Shown: positions 18,886 to 28,407 of the stretch, in pieces
Layout of the letters: each line of letters opens with the position of its first letter
Position numbering within the stretch: position 1 is the stretch's first letter
Assembly: GCA_036006885.1 (NCBI GenBank)
Contig: DASYPG010000162.1
Coordinates: 1 to 50,708, forward strand
Direction: 5' to 3'
Length of the DNA stretch: 50,708 nucleotides
Origin: Burkholderiales bacterium
GTDB taxonomy: Bacteria > Pseudomonadota > Gammaproteobacteria > Burkholderiales > SG8-39
Made by a program: the position numbers and the translations under genes
The notes under the pieces: model-generated
Databases searched by the model: none
The model's input: only the letters and a program-made list of their open reading frames with translations
Told to the model about the DNA's origin: nothing

Positions 18886-20403
18886 TTACCGAAGATCCGC
18901 AAACCGGTTCGCTTCGACCGGACGCCCGAGCGCACGCAGCAGCAGATCCTTCAGCGCAGGCGTTTCGCTGTCGACAGCAGCAAGCCAGCGTTCGTTTGCT
19001 TGCGCCTCCTCCAAGGCGATCGCACGCGCCTCTTCGAGCAGTTCGGCTTCGTTGACCTTGGTGCAGCGGCCGTCACGGACGACTACTTCCCCTTCTACCA
19101 GCACCGTACGCACGTTGGCGCCGTTTTCGTACATCACGAGATGCTGATAGACGTCGCCCCGCGGTTTCCAGGCCACGCCGCTGATGTCGATCAGGGTAAG
19201 ATCGGCGCGCCTGCCCTCCTCGATGGCACCGACCTTGCCGGCAAGGCCGACCACGGGGGCACCGCCCTCGCTCGCCAGCCGGAAGGCCGAGCGGGCATCG
19301 ATCCAGTGCTCGGGCTGCGTATCGGCCACGCGCGAAAGAAGCGAAGCGAACTTCGCCTGCTCCAGGATGCTGACTGCGGCGCCGCTTTGTCCATCGGTGC
19401 CGAGGGCGATGTTGACCCCGGCCCGCAGCAGCGCCGCCGCGGGCTGGATGCCGCTCCCGAGGATGAGGTTGCTGACCGGGTTGTGGACGACGTTCACGCT
19501 CCGCTCCGCTGCGAGCTCTACGTCTTCCCGCCTGCACCAGACGAAATGCGCGAGCGAGCTGCGCTGATTCACAAGGCCGAAACGATCGAGGTAGCGCACA
19601 AAGCTGCCGCCGTGCTCCGGCGGCGCCATCAGGTATTGGGTCTTGGCCTCCAGCAGATGGGTGTGCAAACCCACGCCATGCCGCGCCGCGAACTCACCGG
19701 TAAGTTCGAGCAGCCTGGTCGTGCATCGCTGCGGCCCGTCAACGCCGAGCATCACGCCAAGGCGTGCATGAGTGCCGTGCCAGCGTTTGACCAGGTGCTC
19801 CATCAAGACGAAGTACTCTTCCGGCGGCGGCCGCTTGGCAGCGCGCCAGCGGCTGCGCACATCGTCCGGCAGCGCGCCCTGGTCGATGGGCAACGAGTCG
19901 AGATACATCCGGTCCTCGTACATCGGCGCCACGACGGCTCGAATTCCGATGTCGCGGTACGCCGCGAGCGCCGCCTCCACATTTTCCACCGACGGCAGCA
20001 AGCCGTCGCGCAGGTGGTCGACGTGCGAAGTGATGCCGCGTTTGAGCATCGCCATCGCATGCAGGCTTGCACCCACGTAAGCTGCGCGCCTCGAGCGCGG
20101 CGCACGCCGGGCCATGGCGCGAATCACGAAGAGATCCAGCGGCTCACCGGGCACCGCGCCCTGGAGCATCGCCGACTGGGAATGTGTGTGGCTGTTGATC
20201 AGACCGGGAATAGCGAGCAAGCCGCTGGCGTCGATCGCCTCCGTTTCCGCGGCGAACTTCGGCGCGGCGTCGGGCGCGGTCACGCCGACGATGCGCCCGT
20301 CCTCGATCCAGATGTCGGCGCGCTCGGACGAGGCATACGCGGCGCTCCTGACGACCTCGGCGCCGAGGATACAGCGGCGCCTCGCGGCAGCCTCGGATCG
20401 CAT
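18886..20403 (-). CDS. Amidohydrolase, TRZ/ATZ - cytosine/guanine-deaminase-like subgroup (505 aa)
   Basis: HxH (PGLINSHTHS), GLHTHLLE, LAHFVW and ALGTDGQS. The start overlaps the upstream stop by 1 nt (TGATG). Confidence 0.8.
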   Translation of the reverse strand: MRSEAAARRRCILGAEVVRSAAYASSERADIWIEDGRIVGVTAPDAAPKFAAETEAIDASGLLAIPGLINSHTHSQSAMLQGAVPGEPLDLFVIRAMARRAPRSRRAAYVGASLHAMAMLKRGITSHVDHLRDGLLPSVENVEAALAAYRDIGIRAVVAPMYEDRMYLDSLPIDQGALPDDVRSRWRAAKRPPPEEYFVLMEHLVKRWHGTHARLGVMLGVDGPQRCTTRLLELTGEFAARHGVGLHTHLLEAKTQYLMAPPEHGGSFVRYLDRFGLVNQRSSLAHFVWCRREDVELAAERSVNVVHNPVSNLILGSGIQPAAALLRAGVNIALGTDGQSGAAVSILEQAKFASLLSRVADTQPEHWIDARSAFRLASEGGAPVVGLAGKVGAIEEGRRADLTLIDISGVAWKPRGDVYQHLVMYENGANVRTVLVEGEVVVRDGRCTKVNEAELLEEARAIALEEAQANERWLAAVDSETPALKDLLLRALGRPVEANRFADLR

Positions 20404-21413
20404 CAGAGCATGCGCTCGGCGCGCGGCGGGAGAAACGCCGGGTTGAAAACCTGCTCGGGAGCTGGCGCCCGCTCCAGCCCGAACGCTTTTGCCACGCCTT
20501 CCGACTGGCGCTGGAGGCGGGTCCGGTTTGCCTCTCCCAGGCCGTTCATGCGCGCCCCCGGCGTGGCGATGATCTGTACGAGTGCCTTGAGCCGCTGGAG
20601 CTCGGCGGGGACGTTAATCGTCGGCTCGCGCTGACGCACGTACTCGATCGCCGCGTCGGGATTGGCAATCGTCTCCTTGAGGCCGCGGTTGTACGCGCGC
20701 AGAAAAGCCGCTACGGCCTTCGGATTCTCCTGCATGAATTTCGGGCTGACCAGGATGCCATTGCCATAGATCTGCACCCCGTAGTCCCTGTAGTTGAACA
20801 GCACCAATTCGTCCGCCTTGATGCCCATGGCTTCCATATTTCCGACCTGAAAGCTGGGAAATCCAGAAGCGGCCTCGAGCTGGCCGCGGGCGAGGAGCGA
20901 GAAGTTCAGTCCTGGTTGCAGGGTCTGCCACTTGACGGTTGCGAGGTCGATGCCCTGAGCCTGCGCGAAGATCGGGAAAAGCTTGCGGGCAGAATCGAAA
21001 GTCGGGCCGCCGATCGTTCGCCCCGACAGATCCTTCGGACTGAAGATGCCGTTCTTCTTGAGCGTGATGATGCCGGCCGGGGTTGCATCCTGCGTGATGT
21101 ACACAACTTGCACCCGCGCGGCGGCCTCCGGGTTCTTGGACAGATGCTCGATCAGAGCGGTCGTGTCGCCGTAGCCCATGTCGTAGGTGCCCGAGGCGAC
21201 GCGCTGCACCGCGGCTGCGGAGCCTGCGCCCGCATCCAGGGTAACGCTGAGCCCCTGTTGCGCGAAGTACCCTTTGCCCTGCGTGAGGAAGAACGGCGTT
21301 TGCTGGCCATCGATCACCCAGTCCAGCGTGAACTTGACCCGGGCGGCCTCCTGTGCGGCCGCTGCTCCGGTAAGCAAGAGCCCGGCGAGCGCGGCGATTG
21401 CGATGCGGTTCAC
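20403..21413 (-). CDS. Periplasmic NMT1/THI5-like (NitT/TauT family) substrate-binding protein, copy 2 (336 aa)
   Basis: GTG start and signal peptide (AALAGLLLTGAAAAQ). FTLDWVIDGQQTPFFLTQGKGYFAQQGL. Clear paralog of the upstream gene. Confidence 0.8.
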   Translation of the reverse strand: MNRIAIAALAGLLLTGAAAAQEAARVKFTLDWVIDGQQTPFFLTQGKGYFAQQGLSVTLDAGAGSAAAVQRVASGTYDMGYGDTTALIEHLSKNPEAAARVQVVYITQDATPAGIITLKKNGIFSPKDLSGRTIGGPTFDSARKLFPIFAQAQGIDLATVKWQTLQPGLNFSLLARGQLEAASGFPSFQVGNMEAMGIKADELVLFNYRDYGVQIYGNGILVSPKFMQENPKAVAAFLRAYNRGLKETIANPDAAIEYVRQREPTINVPAELQRLKALVQIIATPGARMNGLGEANRTRLQRQSEGVAKAFGLERAPAPEQVFNPAFLPPRAERML

Positions 21414-22414
21414 TTCAGGGGCAGCCGCTCGGGAAGCGGCGGCAGAAAGCTTGCGTTGAACAGCTGATGCGCGGTCGGCTTGCTCTTGAGCTGGACCGAA
21501 GAGCCGACGTACTCGATCTGCTTCTCGAGCGTCGGCATGTCGATGTGGCCGAGGCCCGTGTCCCTAGTTCGGGAAGTGAGGATCGCGGGGCGCAGCAGGC
21601 TAAGCCGCTCCATCTCCTGCTTGAATTCGGTCAGCGGGTCGCGTGCGTTCAGCGCTTTCACCGACGCTTCGGGCTCGGCGAGCATCTCGCGGAACGCGCG
21701 GTTCATGGCGCGCACGAAGCCTTGCACCGCCTTCGGGTTCTTCTGGATCAGCTCGTTCGATACCATCAGGCCGTTGCCGTACACGCGGACCCCGACATCG
21801 GCGACCTTCAGCTCGACGAGGTCCTCGCGTTTGACGCCGCGCGCCTCGAACTCCAGCGGCACCGTGAGGAAGCCGCCGCAGGCGACCGCGGCGCCGCTGA
21901 TCACGGCGTTGGCGCGCAGTTGCCCGTCGACCGTGACCCACTTGATCGAGGCGGGGTCGATCTTCGCCGCGCGCGCGAACACCGGGAACATCTTGCGCGT
22001 GACCTCGAAGGGCTGGCCCGCGATCGACTTGCCGGCGAGGTCGGCGATGCTCTTCGCCCCGGACTTCTTGAACGCATAGTAGGCGAGCGGCGCTTCGTCG
22101 TACTGCAGGTACACCATCTGCAGCCGCGTCTGGCCGGGATTGTTGCCGTAGTACTCGATCAGCGCCGACATGTCGCCGAGGCCCATGTCGTAGGCGCCGG
22201 TGTGGATGCGCTGGATCGCAGCGGTGGAGCCCGAGCCCGCGTCGACCTGCACGTCGAGCCCTTCCTGCTGGAAGTAGCCGCGCTGCAGGCCGAGCCACAT
22301 GAACGAGGTCTGGCCTTCGAAGCGCCAGTCGAGCGTCATCTTGATCTTGGTCTGGGCCTCGACCACCGCGCACACGCAGAACAGGACCGAAAAGGCTGCA
22401 AGCCTGGCTCTCAC
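21410..22414 (-). CDS. Periplasmic NMT1/THI5-like (NitT/TauT family) substrate-binding protein, copy 1 (334 aa)
   Basis: GTG start at 22414 (VRARLAAFSVLFCVCAVVEAQ is a signal peptide) overlaps the oxygenase stop (GTGA). MTLDWRFEGQTSFMWLGLQRGYFQQEGL. Confidence 0.75.
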   Translation of the reverse strand: MRARLAAFSVLFCVCAVVEAQTKIKMTLDWRFEGQTSFMWLGLQRGYFQQEGLDVQVDAGSGSTAAIQRIHTGAYDMGLGDMSALIEYYGNNPGQTRLQMVYLQYDEAPLAYYAFKKSGAKSIADLAGKSIAGQPFEVTRKMFPVFARAAKIDPASIKWVTVDGQLRANAVISGAAVACGGFLTVPLEFEARGVKREDLVELKVADVGVRVYGNGLMVSNELIQKNPKAVQGFVRAMNRAFREMLAEPEASVKALNARDPLTEFKQEMERLSLLRPAILTSRTRDTGLGHIDMPTLEKQIEYVGSSVQLKSKPTAHQLFNASFLPPLPERLPLK

Positions 22415-23409
22415 ATCATCCCCCTCTTGGATGCAGACGGCGCGAAGCCGTAGCTGCGCTTGAACATCTCGTAGGTGTGCTCGGACGCGGTGCAGGGCGC
22501 GAACTTCGGCGGGTTCGCCGCGTCGGTGCACGTCGGCAGGCATTCGATGCGCGAGTCGGGCCGCGGGCTGTAGAAGAACGCGATCGAGTAGCGGTCGCGC
22601 GAGCTGCTGTTGTTCCTCACGCGGTGCATGTTCGAGCGGTACAGGCCGTTGGTCCAGCGCTGCATCAGGTCGCCGAGATTGACCACGAAGGTGCCTGCTA
22701 CCGGCGTCGCCTGGATCCACTCGTCGTTCACGTTGCGGACCTCGAGCCCGCCGAGGCCGTCCTGCGCGAGCAGGGTGATGCCGCCCCAGTCGGTATGCGC
22801 GCCGGCGCCGAGCTGGTTGGCGAGCGCGGCCTGCGGATGCGGCGGGTAGCGCAGCAGCCGCAGCGTGGTGCCGGGCATGTCATAGAAAGGCTCGAAGTGG
22901 TTCGCCGGCAGCTCGAGCGAGCGCGCGAGCACTGCGAGCACGCGGTTGCCGAGCGAGCGCATCGCGGCCTGGTACTCGAGCGTCTGCTCGCGAAACCCGG
23001 GCAGGCCTCGCGGCCACTGGTTGTGCCCGAAGCCGCGGATTCGCTTCTGCGCCCAGGGGTGCTCGTCGGGCAGCTCCATCGCGCAGTAGAAGCTTTCCTT
23101 GAGGTCGGGCGGCGCCTTCTCCGCGGTTGGATCCTGGCTATCGAGGATCTGGCCGCCGACCGGCTCGTAGCCGGCGGTCGAAGGCGACTTCTTCATGTGG
23201 ATCGCGAGTTTCTGCTCGGCCGGCAGAGCATAGAAGCGGCGCGAGCAGTCGAACTGCGCGTCGATCAGCGCCTGCGGCACGCCGTGGTTGGCGACGTAGA
23301 AGAATCCGATCTCGCGGCAGGCCTTGTGGACTTCCCACGCCGCCTTGCTTCCCAACAGATCGACGACCGGGATGGTCTTCGCGGGCTGAGCTGGGGTGTA
23401 GACAATCAT
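22411..23409 (-). CDS. 2-oxoglutarate/Fe(II)-dependent oxygenase, isopenicillin-N-synthase-like family (332 aa)
   Basis: IPVVDL...GFFYVANHGV, HxD (GAHTDWGGITLL), SNMHRV and RYSIAFF. Confidence 0.85.
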   Translation of the reverse strand: MIVYTPAQPAKTIPVVDLLGSKAAWEVHKACREIGFFYVANHGVPQALIDAQFDCSRRFYALPAEQKLAIHMKKSPSTAGYEPVGGQILDSQDPTAEKAPPDLKESFYCAMELPDEHPWAQKRIRGFGHNQWPRGLPGFREQTLEYQAAMRSLGNRVLAVLARSLELPANHFEPFYDMPGTTLRLLRYPPHPQAALANQLGAGAHTDWGGITLLAQDGLGGLEVRNVNDEWIQATPVAGTFVVNLGDLMQRWTNGLYRSNMHRVRNNSSSRDRYSIAFFYSPRPDSRIECLPTCTDAANPPKFAPCTASEHTYEMFKRSYGFAPSASKRGMM

Positions 23410-23512
23410 GTAAGCGCGCGGAGCAATTTCCCGCCGGCGCAGACCGTTTTGCGCCCGGCTGAACGCTTATACCCCTCGCGTGAAATACTACGGACCTGAA
23501 GTTCATTCTGCA

Positions 23513-25801
23513 ATGACATCCTTTCTGCGATCCAGAACGAAGACCGCGTCCCAGGGTATCGGCAAGCCGATTCCACGCAAGGAGGACGAACGCCTGCTGC
23601 GGGGCCAGGGCTGCTATACGGACGACCTCAACCTGCCGCGCCAGGCGTACGCCGGCGTGGTGCGCTCGCCGCATGCACATGCACGGATCCGGAGCATCGA
23701 TACCAGCACCGCGCTGGCCATGCCCGGCGTTCTCGCGGTGCTCACCGGAAATGATGCGGAGCAGGACGGGCTGAAGCCGGTTCCGTTCCGTCCGGTGTCG
23801 CCGAATCCGCACGAAGTCCAGCTGAAGGCCTCGTTCCTCGCCCCGTATCCGCTTCTGCCGCAGGACCGGGCGCGCTTCGTCGGGCAGGCGGTCGCCCTCG
23901 TCGTCGCCGAAAGCGCCATGGCCGCCAAAGACGCCGCCGAGCGCGTGGCGCTGGACTACGAGCCGCTTCCCGCGGTCACCGCCACCCGCGCGGCTGCGGA
24001 AGGGCCGCGTCTGTGGGGCTCGCCCAACACCTGCTCGGACACCACCGTCGGCAATCCGGTGGAGGAGCCGTTCAAGCGCGCGTCTCATGTCGTCACTCTG
24101 GAGACGACGCTGAATCGCGTCACCGGCGTGCCGATGGAGCCGCGGGCGGCGCTCGGGAGCTATGACGAGCAGGCAAAGCGCTACACGGTCTACGCGTCCT
24201 GCGCCGGCCCGCACCGCGCGCGCGCCGAGATCGCGGGCGCGCTCGGCGTGCCCGAAAGCGAGGTGCGCGTGGTCACGCGCGAGCTCGGCGGCAACTACGG
24301 CACGCGCAACAACCTCTACCCCGAGTTCGCGCTCGTGGCATGGGCCGCGCGGCGCCTCGGCCGGCCGGTCAAGTGGACCTGCGAGCGCACCGAGGCGTTC
24401 CTGTCCGACGAGCATGCGCGCGATCTCGTCTCGCGCTCCGAGCTCGCGCTCGACGCAGAGGGCAATTTCCTCGCGATGCGCTGCGATCACGTGAGCAACG
24501 TCGGCGCGCACGCGGTGTCGTTCATCCCCCTGACCAAGGGCATGGCGATCTCGACCAGCGTGTACCGCTTTCCGGCGGCGTCGATTCGCGGTCGCGCCGT
24601 GATGAGCACCACGTCGCCGACCACGCCCTATCGCGCCGCCGGCCGGCCGGAAATGATGTTCATCCTCGAGCGGCTGATCGACATCGCCGCGCGGCGCCAC
24701 GGCTTCGACCGCGTCGAGCTGCGGGAGAGAAACCTCATCCGCAAGGAGGAGCTTCCCTATCGCACCAACACGGGCCTGGTCTACGACAGCGGCGACTACC
24801 TCGGCGTGCAGGCGCGGGCGCTCGAGCTCGCCGACTGGAAAGGGTTCGAGAAGAGGCGGCGGGAATCCCGCGCGCGCGGACGCTGCCGCGGCATCGGTTT
24901 AGGCCACTACGTCGAGCTGAACACCGGCGCGCCGCGCGAGCGCGCCGAGATTCGCGTGCTGCCCGAGCAGCGCGTCGAGGTGGTGCTCGGCACGCTCTCC
25001 GCAGGCCAGGGGCACGAGACGAGCTTCGCCCAGCTCGTCGCCGAATGGCTCGACGTCGATCCCGCCCGGGTGAGGCTCCTGACCGGCGACACCGACCTCA
25101 CGCCGATCGGCGGCGGCTCGCACTCGGGCCGCTCGATGCGCATGGGCGCGGTGGTAATGGCGCACGCCTGCGACCGCATCGTCGAGCAAGGAAAGCAGCG
25201 GGCATCGGAACGTCTCGAAGTTTCTGCAAAAGACTTGGAGTTTGAAAGCGGACGGTTTCGCGTCAAAGGCACCGACCGCTCGGTCGGCCTGTTCGACCTC
25301 GGAACCCTGGTCTCGAGCTACGACGAGACCACGCCGCTGCCGTCCTACCCGTTCGGCTGCGCGGTGTGCGAGGTGGAAGTCGATCCGCAGACCGGGGTGG
25401 TCGAGGTCGTGCGCCACTCCACCGTCGACGACTGCGGGCGGGCGGTGAACCCGCTCATCCTGCACGGGCAGACCCACGGCGGCATCGCCGCGGGCGTCGG
25501 CCAGGCGCTATGGGAGGCGTGCCGCTACGATCCCGAAACCGGGCAGCTCCTGTCCGCGAGCTTCATGGACTACGCCATGCCGCGCGCCGACCAGCTGCCG
25601 ATGTTCGACACCGAGATCAGCGAGATTCCCTCGACCACCAATCCGCTCGGGATGCGCGGCGGCGGCGAAGGCGGCACTACACCGGCGCTAGCCGCGGTCG
25701 CCAACGCGGTGGTGGACGCGCTGGCCGAGTTCGGCGTCGAGCACCTGGACCTGCCGCTCACTCCCGAGCGCGTGTGGCGGGCGATTCACCGGAAGAGCTA
25801 G
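23513..25801 (+). CDS. Xanthine-dehydrogenase-family molybdopterin-binding subunit, CoxL form-II-like; no adjacent Fe-S or FAD subunits
   Basis: IGKPIPRKEDERLLRGQG, PYRAAGRPE loop and C-terminal GMRGGGEGGTTPA. Start ATG 23513 is preferred; GTG 23480 is an alternative. Confidence 0.8.
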   Translation: MTSFLRSRTKTASQGIGKPIPRKEDERLLRGQGCYTDDLNLPRQAYAGVVRSPHAHARIRSIDTSTALAMPGVLAVLTGNDAEQDGLKPVPFRPVSPNPHEVQLKASFLAPYPLLPQDRARFVGQAVALVVAESAMAAKDAAERVALDYEPLPAVTATRAAAEGPRLWGSPNTCSDTTVGNPVEEPFKRASHVVTLETTLNRVTGVPMEPRAALGSYDEQAKRYTVYASCAGPHRARAEIAGALGVPESEVRVVTRELGGNYGTRNNLYPEFALVAWAARRLGRPVKWTCERTEAFLSDEHARDLVSRSELALDAEGNFLAMRCDHVSNVGAHAVSFIPLTKGMAISTSVYRFPAASIRGRAVMSTTSPTTPYRAAGRPEMMFILERLIDIAARRHGFDRVELRERNLIRKEELPYRTNTGLVYDSGDYLGVQARALELADWKGFEKRRRESRARGRCRGIGLGHYVELNTGAPRERAEIRVLPEQRVEVVLGTLSAGQGHETSFAQLVAEWLDVDPARVRLLTGDTDLTPIGGGSHSGRSMRMGAVVMAHACDRIVEQGKQRASERLEVSAKDLEFESGRFRVKGTDRSVGLFDLGTLVSSYDETTPLPSYPFGCAVCEVEVDPQTGVVEVVRHSTVDDCGRAVNPLILHGQTHGGIAAGVGQALWEACRYDPETGQLLSASFMDYAMPRADQLPMFDTEISEIPSTTNPLGMRGGGEGGTTPALAAVANAVVDALAEFGVEHLDLPLTPERVWRAIHRKS

Positions 25802-25825
25802 GAAAGGTCCAAAGAGAAGTCGCTC

Positions 25826-26788
25826 CTAGCGAACGAACTCCAAGGTATAGGCCTTCTTCCAGTCGAGGTTCGCTGGAAGCGCGCCCGCAGCCTGCATCTC
25901 CTTGGTGAAGCGCTCCCAGCGCGCGTCGGTCATGAAGCCGATCCTGCCGCCGGCGGCATCGCCCGAGTCGATCAGGCCGAGGCGCTTCATCTCGCCGTGC
26001 GAGAACTCCATCAGGTCGACTTCCATCTGCGGGTTGTCCTTCTTGATCGCGGCGTGGGCCGCCGCGGGGTTGGCCAGGTAGCCCGCCCAGCCCTCGCGCG
26101 ACGCGCGCACGAAAGCACGCACGACTTCGGGGCGCTCCTTCAGGGTCTTCTCGGTGACGTCGATCGTGGTGGCGTAGTTGGCCCAGCCATAATCCGCGAG
26201 CAGCAGGCTCTGCAGGTTGAGGCCGACCTTGCGCGCGTTCCAGGCGTCGTTCGTCACGAAGCCCTGCTGCGACAGCATCTTGTCGGAGCCCAACGCACCG
26301 TAGCCCGGCTCGAAGCCGCGGATCTGCTCGTCGGTGAAGCCGAACTTGCTTTTCAGCCATGGCCAGTAGTTGGTGCGTGCGATCGCCGGCAGGCGGATCG
26401 GCTTGCCCTTGAGATCCTGCAGCTTGTCGTGGCCCACGCCGGCGTGAGTCACCAGCGTCTGCGGATCCTTCTGGAACACGGCGAACACGGTGACGATCGG
26501 GACGCCCTGCGCCTGGGCGTTCAGCGTGCGCATCGCCGTGCCCATGATGAAATCGGTCTGGCCCGCGGCGAGGAGCTGGTGCACGTTTACCTGCGGACCG
26601 CCGGGCCGCAGCGTGACGTCGAGGCCGTACTTCTCGAAGATGCCGGTGGCCTTGGCGTGGTAGAGGCCGCCGTGCTCGGCCTGCGGGTACCAGTTGAGGG
26701 TGTAGCTCACCGGAGTGAGCTTCTTCTCCTGCGCCCACGCCGCCGTGGCCGTCATGAATGCCAGCGCAATCGAAACCAGGACCTTCAT
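25826..26788 (-). CDS. Periplasmic NMT1/THI5-like (NitT/TauT family) substrate-binding protein, third type (320 aa)
   Basis: Start ATG 26788 (MKVLVSIALAFMTATAAWAQ is a signal peptide). YTLNWYPQAEHGGLYHAKATGIFEKYGLDV. Divergent from the ABC ATPase gene. Confidence 0.8.
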   Translation of the reverse strand: MKVLVSIALAFMTATAAWAQEKKLTPVSYTLNWYPQAEHGGLYHAKATGIFEKYGLDVTLRPGGPQVNVHQLLAAGQTDFIMGTAMRTLNAQAQGVPIVTVFAVFQKDPQTLVTHAGVGHDKLQDLKGKPIRLPAIARTNYWPWLKSKFGFTDEQIRGFEPGYGALGSDKMLSQQGFVTNDAWNARKVGLNLQSLLLADYGWANYATTIDVTEKTLKERPEVVRAFVRASREGWAGYLANPAAAHAAIKKDNPQMEVDLMEFSHGEMKRLGLIDSGDAAGGRIGFMTDARWERFTKEMQAAGALPANLDWKKAYTLEFVR

Positions 26789-26840
26789 CCGCAGCTCCCG
26801 ATGGTTCCGCTCATGGTAAGCACTATACTTCGGCCAATCA

Positions 26841-27626
26841 ATGAGCGACGCATTCGTCGAAGTCGACAAGGTCGACCTCGCCTATGACGAGGTGGGCGGC
26901 AACGCCATCGAGGACGTTTCGCTCTCGATGAAGGAGCACGAGTTCATCGCCATGGTCGGCCCGAGCGGCTGCGGCAAGTCGACCTTCATGAAGCTCTGCT
27001 CCGGGCTGCGGCGCCCCAGCAAGGGTCAGGTGATCGTCGAGGGGCACGAGGTCTCGGGGCCGCTCAAGATCGTCGGCATGGCGTTCCAGAACGCGACCCT
27101 GCTGCCGTGGCGCACTACGCTCGACAACGTGCTGCTGCCGCTCGAGATCGTGCAGCCCTACCGCGCCAGCTTCAAACGCGACAAGGAAAAATACGCGTTG
27201 AAAGCGAAGGAGTTGCTGCACTCCGTCGGGCTGGACGGTTACGAGAACCGTTTCCCGTGGGAGCTCTCGGGCGGGATGCAGCAGCGCGTCTCGATCTGCC
27301 GCGCGCTGGTGCACGAGCCGAAGCTGCTACTGCTCGACGAGCCGTTCGCTGCGCTCGATGCGTTCACCCGTGAGGAGCTGTGGCTGGTGCTGCGCGACCT
27401 GTGGATGCGCAAGCGCTTCACCGTGGTGCTGGTCACGCACGACCTGCGCGAAGCGGCCTTCCTCGCCGATACGGTCTACGTGATGAGCAAGCGTCCCGGC
27501 AGGATCCTCGCGCGGCGCGTGATCGACATTCCGCGGCCGCGTGAGCTCGAGGTCACCTACACCGACAAATTCGTCAGCATCGTGCACGAGCTGCGCGAGC
27601 ACATCGGTCGAATCAGAAAGGCCTGA
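26841..27626 (+). CDS. ABC transporter ATP-binding protein, NitT/TauT (SsuB/TauB/ThiZ-like) family
   Basis: Walker A GPSGCGKST, signature LSGGMQQR and Walker B LLLDEPFAALD. Confidence 0.9.
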   Translation: MSDAFVEVDKVDLAYDEVGGNAIEDVSLSMKEHEFIAMVGPSGCGKSTFMKLCSGLRRPSKGQVIVEGHEVSGPLKIVGMAFQNATLLPWRTTLDNVLLPLEIVQPYRASFKRDKEKYALKAKELLHSVGLDGYENRFPWELSGGMQQRVSICRALVHEPKLLLLDEPFAALDAFTREELWLVLRDLWMRKRFTVVLVTHDLREAAFLADTVYVMSKRPGRILARRVIDIPRPRELEVTYTDKFVSIVHELREHIGRIRKA

Positions 27627-27630
27627 AACC

Positions 27631-28407
27631 GTGGCGGCAAGCCGACGCAGCCTCGAACGCTGGTCACCATGGATGGTGCTCGCGGCGATCCTGATCCTGT
27701 GGGAGCTCGTCTGCCGCGCGTTCCACGTCTCGGACTTCATCTTTCCGTCGCCTTCCGCGATCCTGCTGTCGCTCAGGCAGTACGCCGGCCCGATTTCCGG
27801 CCACGCCCTGCAGACCTTCTGGACCACCATGGCCGGGTTCGCGATCGGCGTCGGGGTCGGCCTGGTGATCGGCGTCATCGTCGGCTCGTCGCGCCTCATG
27901 TACACGGCGCTCTATCCTCTGATGGTCGGGTTCAACAGCATCCCCAAGGCGGCCTTCGTGCCGGTGCTGGTGGTGTGGTTCGGCATCGGCACGGTGCCGG
28001 CGATCCTCACCGCGTTCATCATCTGCTTCTTCCCGATCACGGTGAACGTGGCCACCGGGCTCGCCACCATCGAGCCCGAGCTCGAGGACGTGCTGCGCGC
28101 GCTCGGCGCGAGCCGCATGGACGTGCTCATCAAGGTCGGGCTGCCGCGCTCGCTGCCGTTTTTCTTCGCCTCGTTGAAAGTGGCGATCACGCTCGCCTTC
28201 GTCGGATCGGTGGTGTCGGAGACCGTCGCCGCCAACGAAGGCATCGGCTATCTGATGATGTCGGCCGGATCGCAGATGCGCATGCCGCTGGTGTTCGCCG
28301 GCCTGATCGTCATCAGCGTGATGGCAATGGCCATGTACGCAGTGTTCGCGGTGATGGAGCGGCGCATGACCGGCTGGGCCACCCGCGGGATGGATGCGCG
28401 TGCCTGA
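27631..28407 (+). CDS. ABC transporter permease, NitT/TauT (SsuC/TauC/ThiX-like) family
   Basis: GTG 27631 lies just after the ATPase stop. About six TM segments. EAA-like loop ALGASRMDVLIKVGLPRSLP. Confidence 0.85.
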   Translation: MAASRRSLERWSPWMVLAAILILWELVCRAFHVSDFIFPSPSAILLSLRQYAGPISGHALQTFWTTMAGFAIGVGVGLVIGVIVGSSRLMYTALYPLMVGFNSIPKAAFVPVLVVWFGIGTVPAILTAFIICFFPITVNVATGLATIEPELEDVLRALGASRMDVLIKVGLPRSLPFFFASLKVAITLAFVGSVVSETVAANEGIGYLMMSAGSQMRMPLVFAGLIVISVMAMAMYAVFAVMERRMTGWATRGMDARA

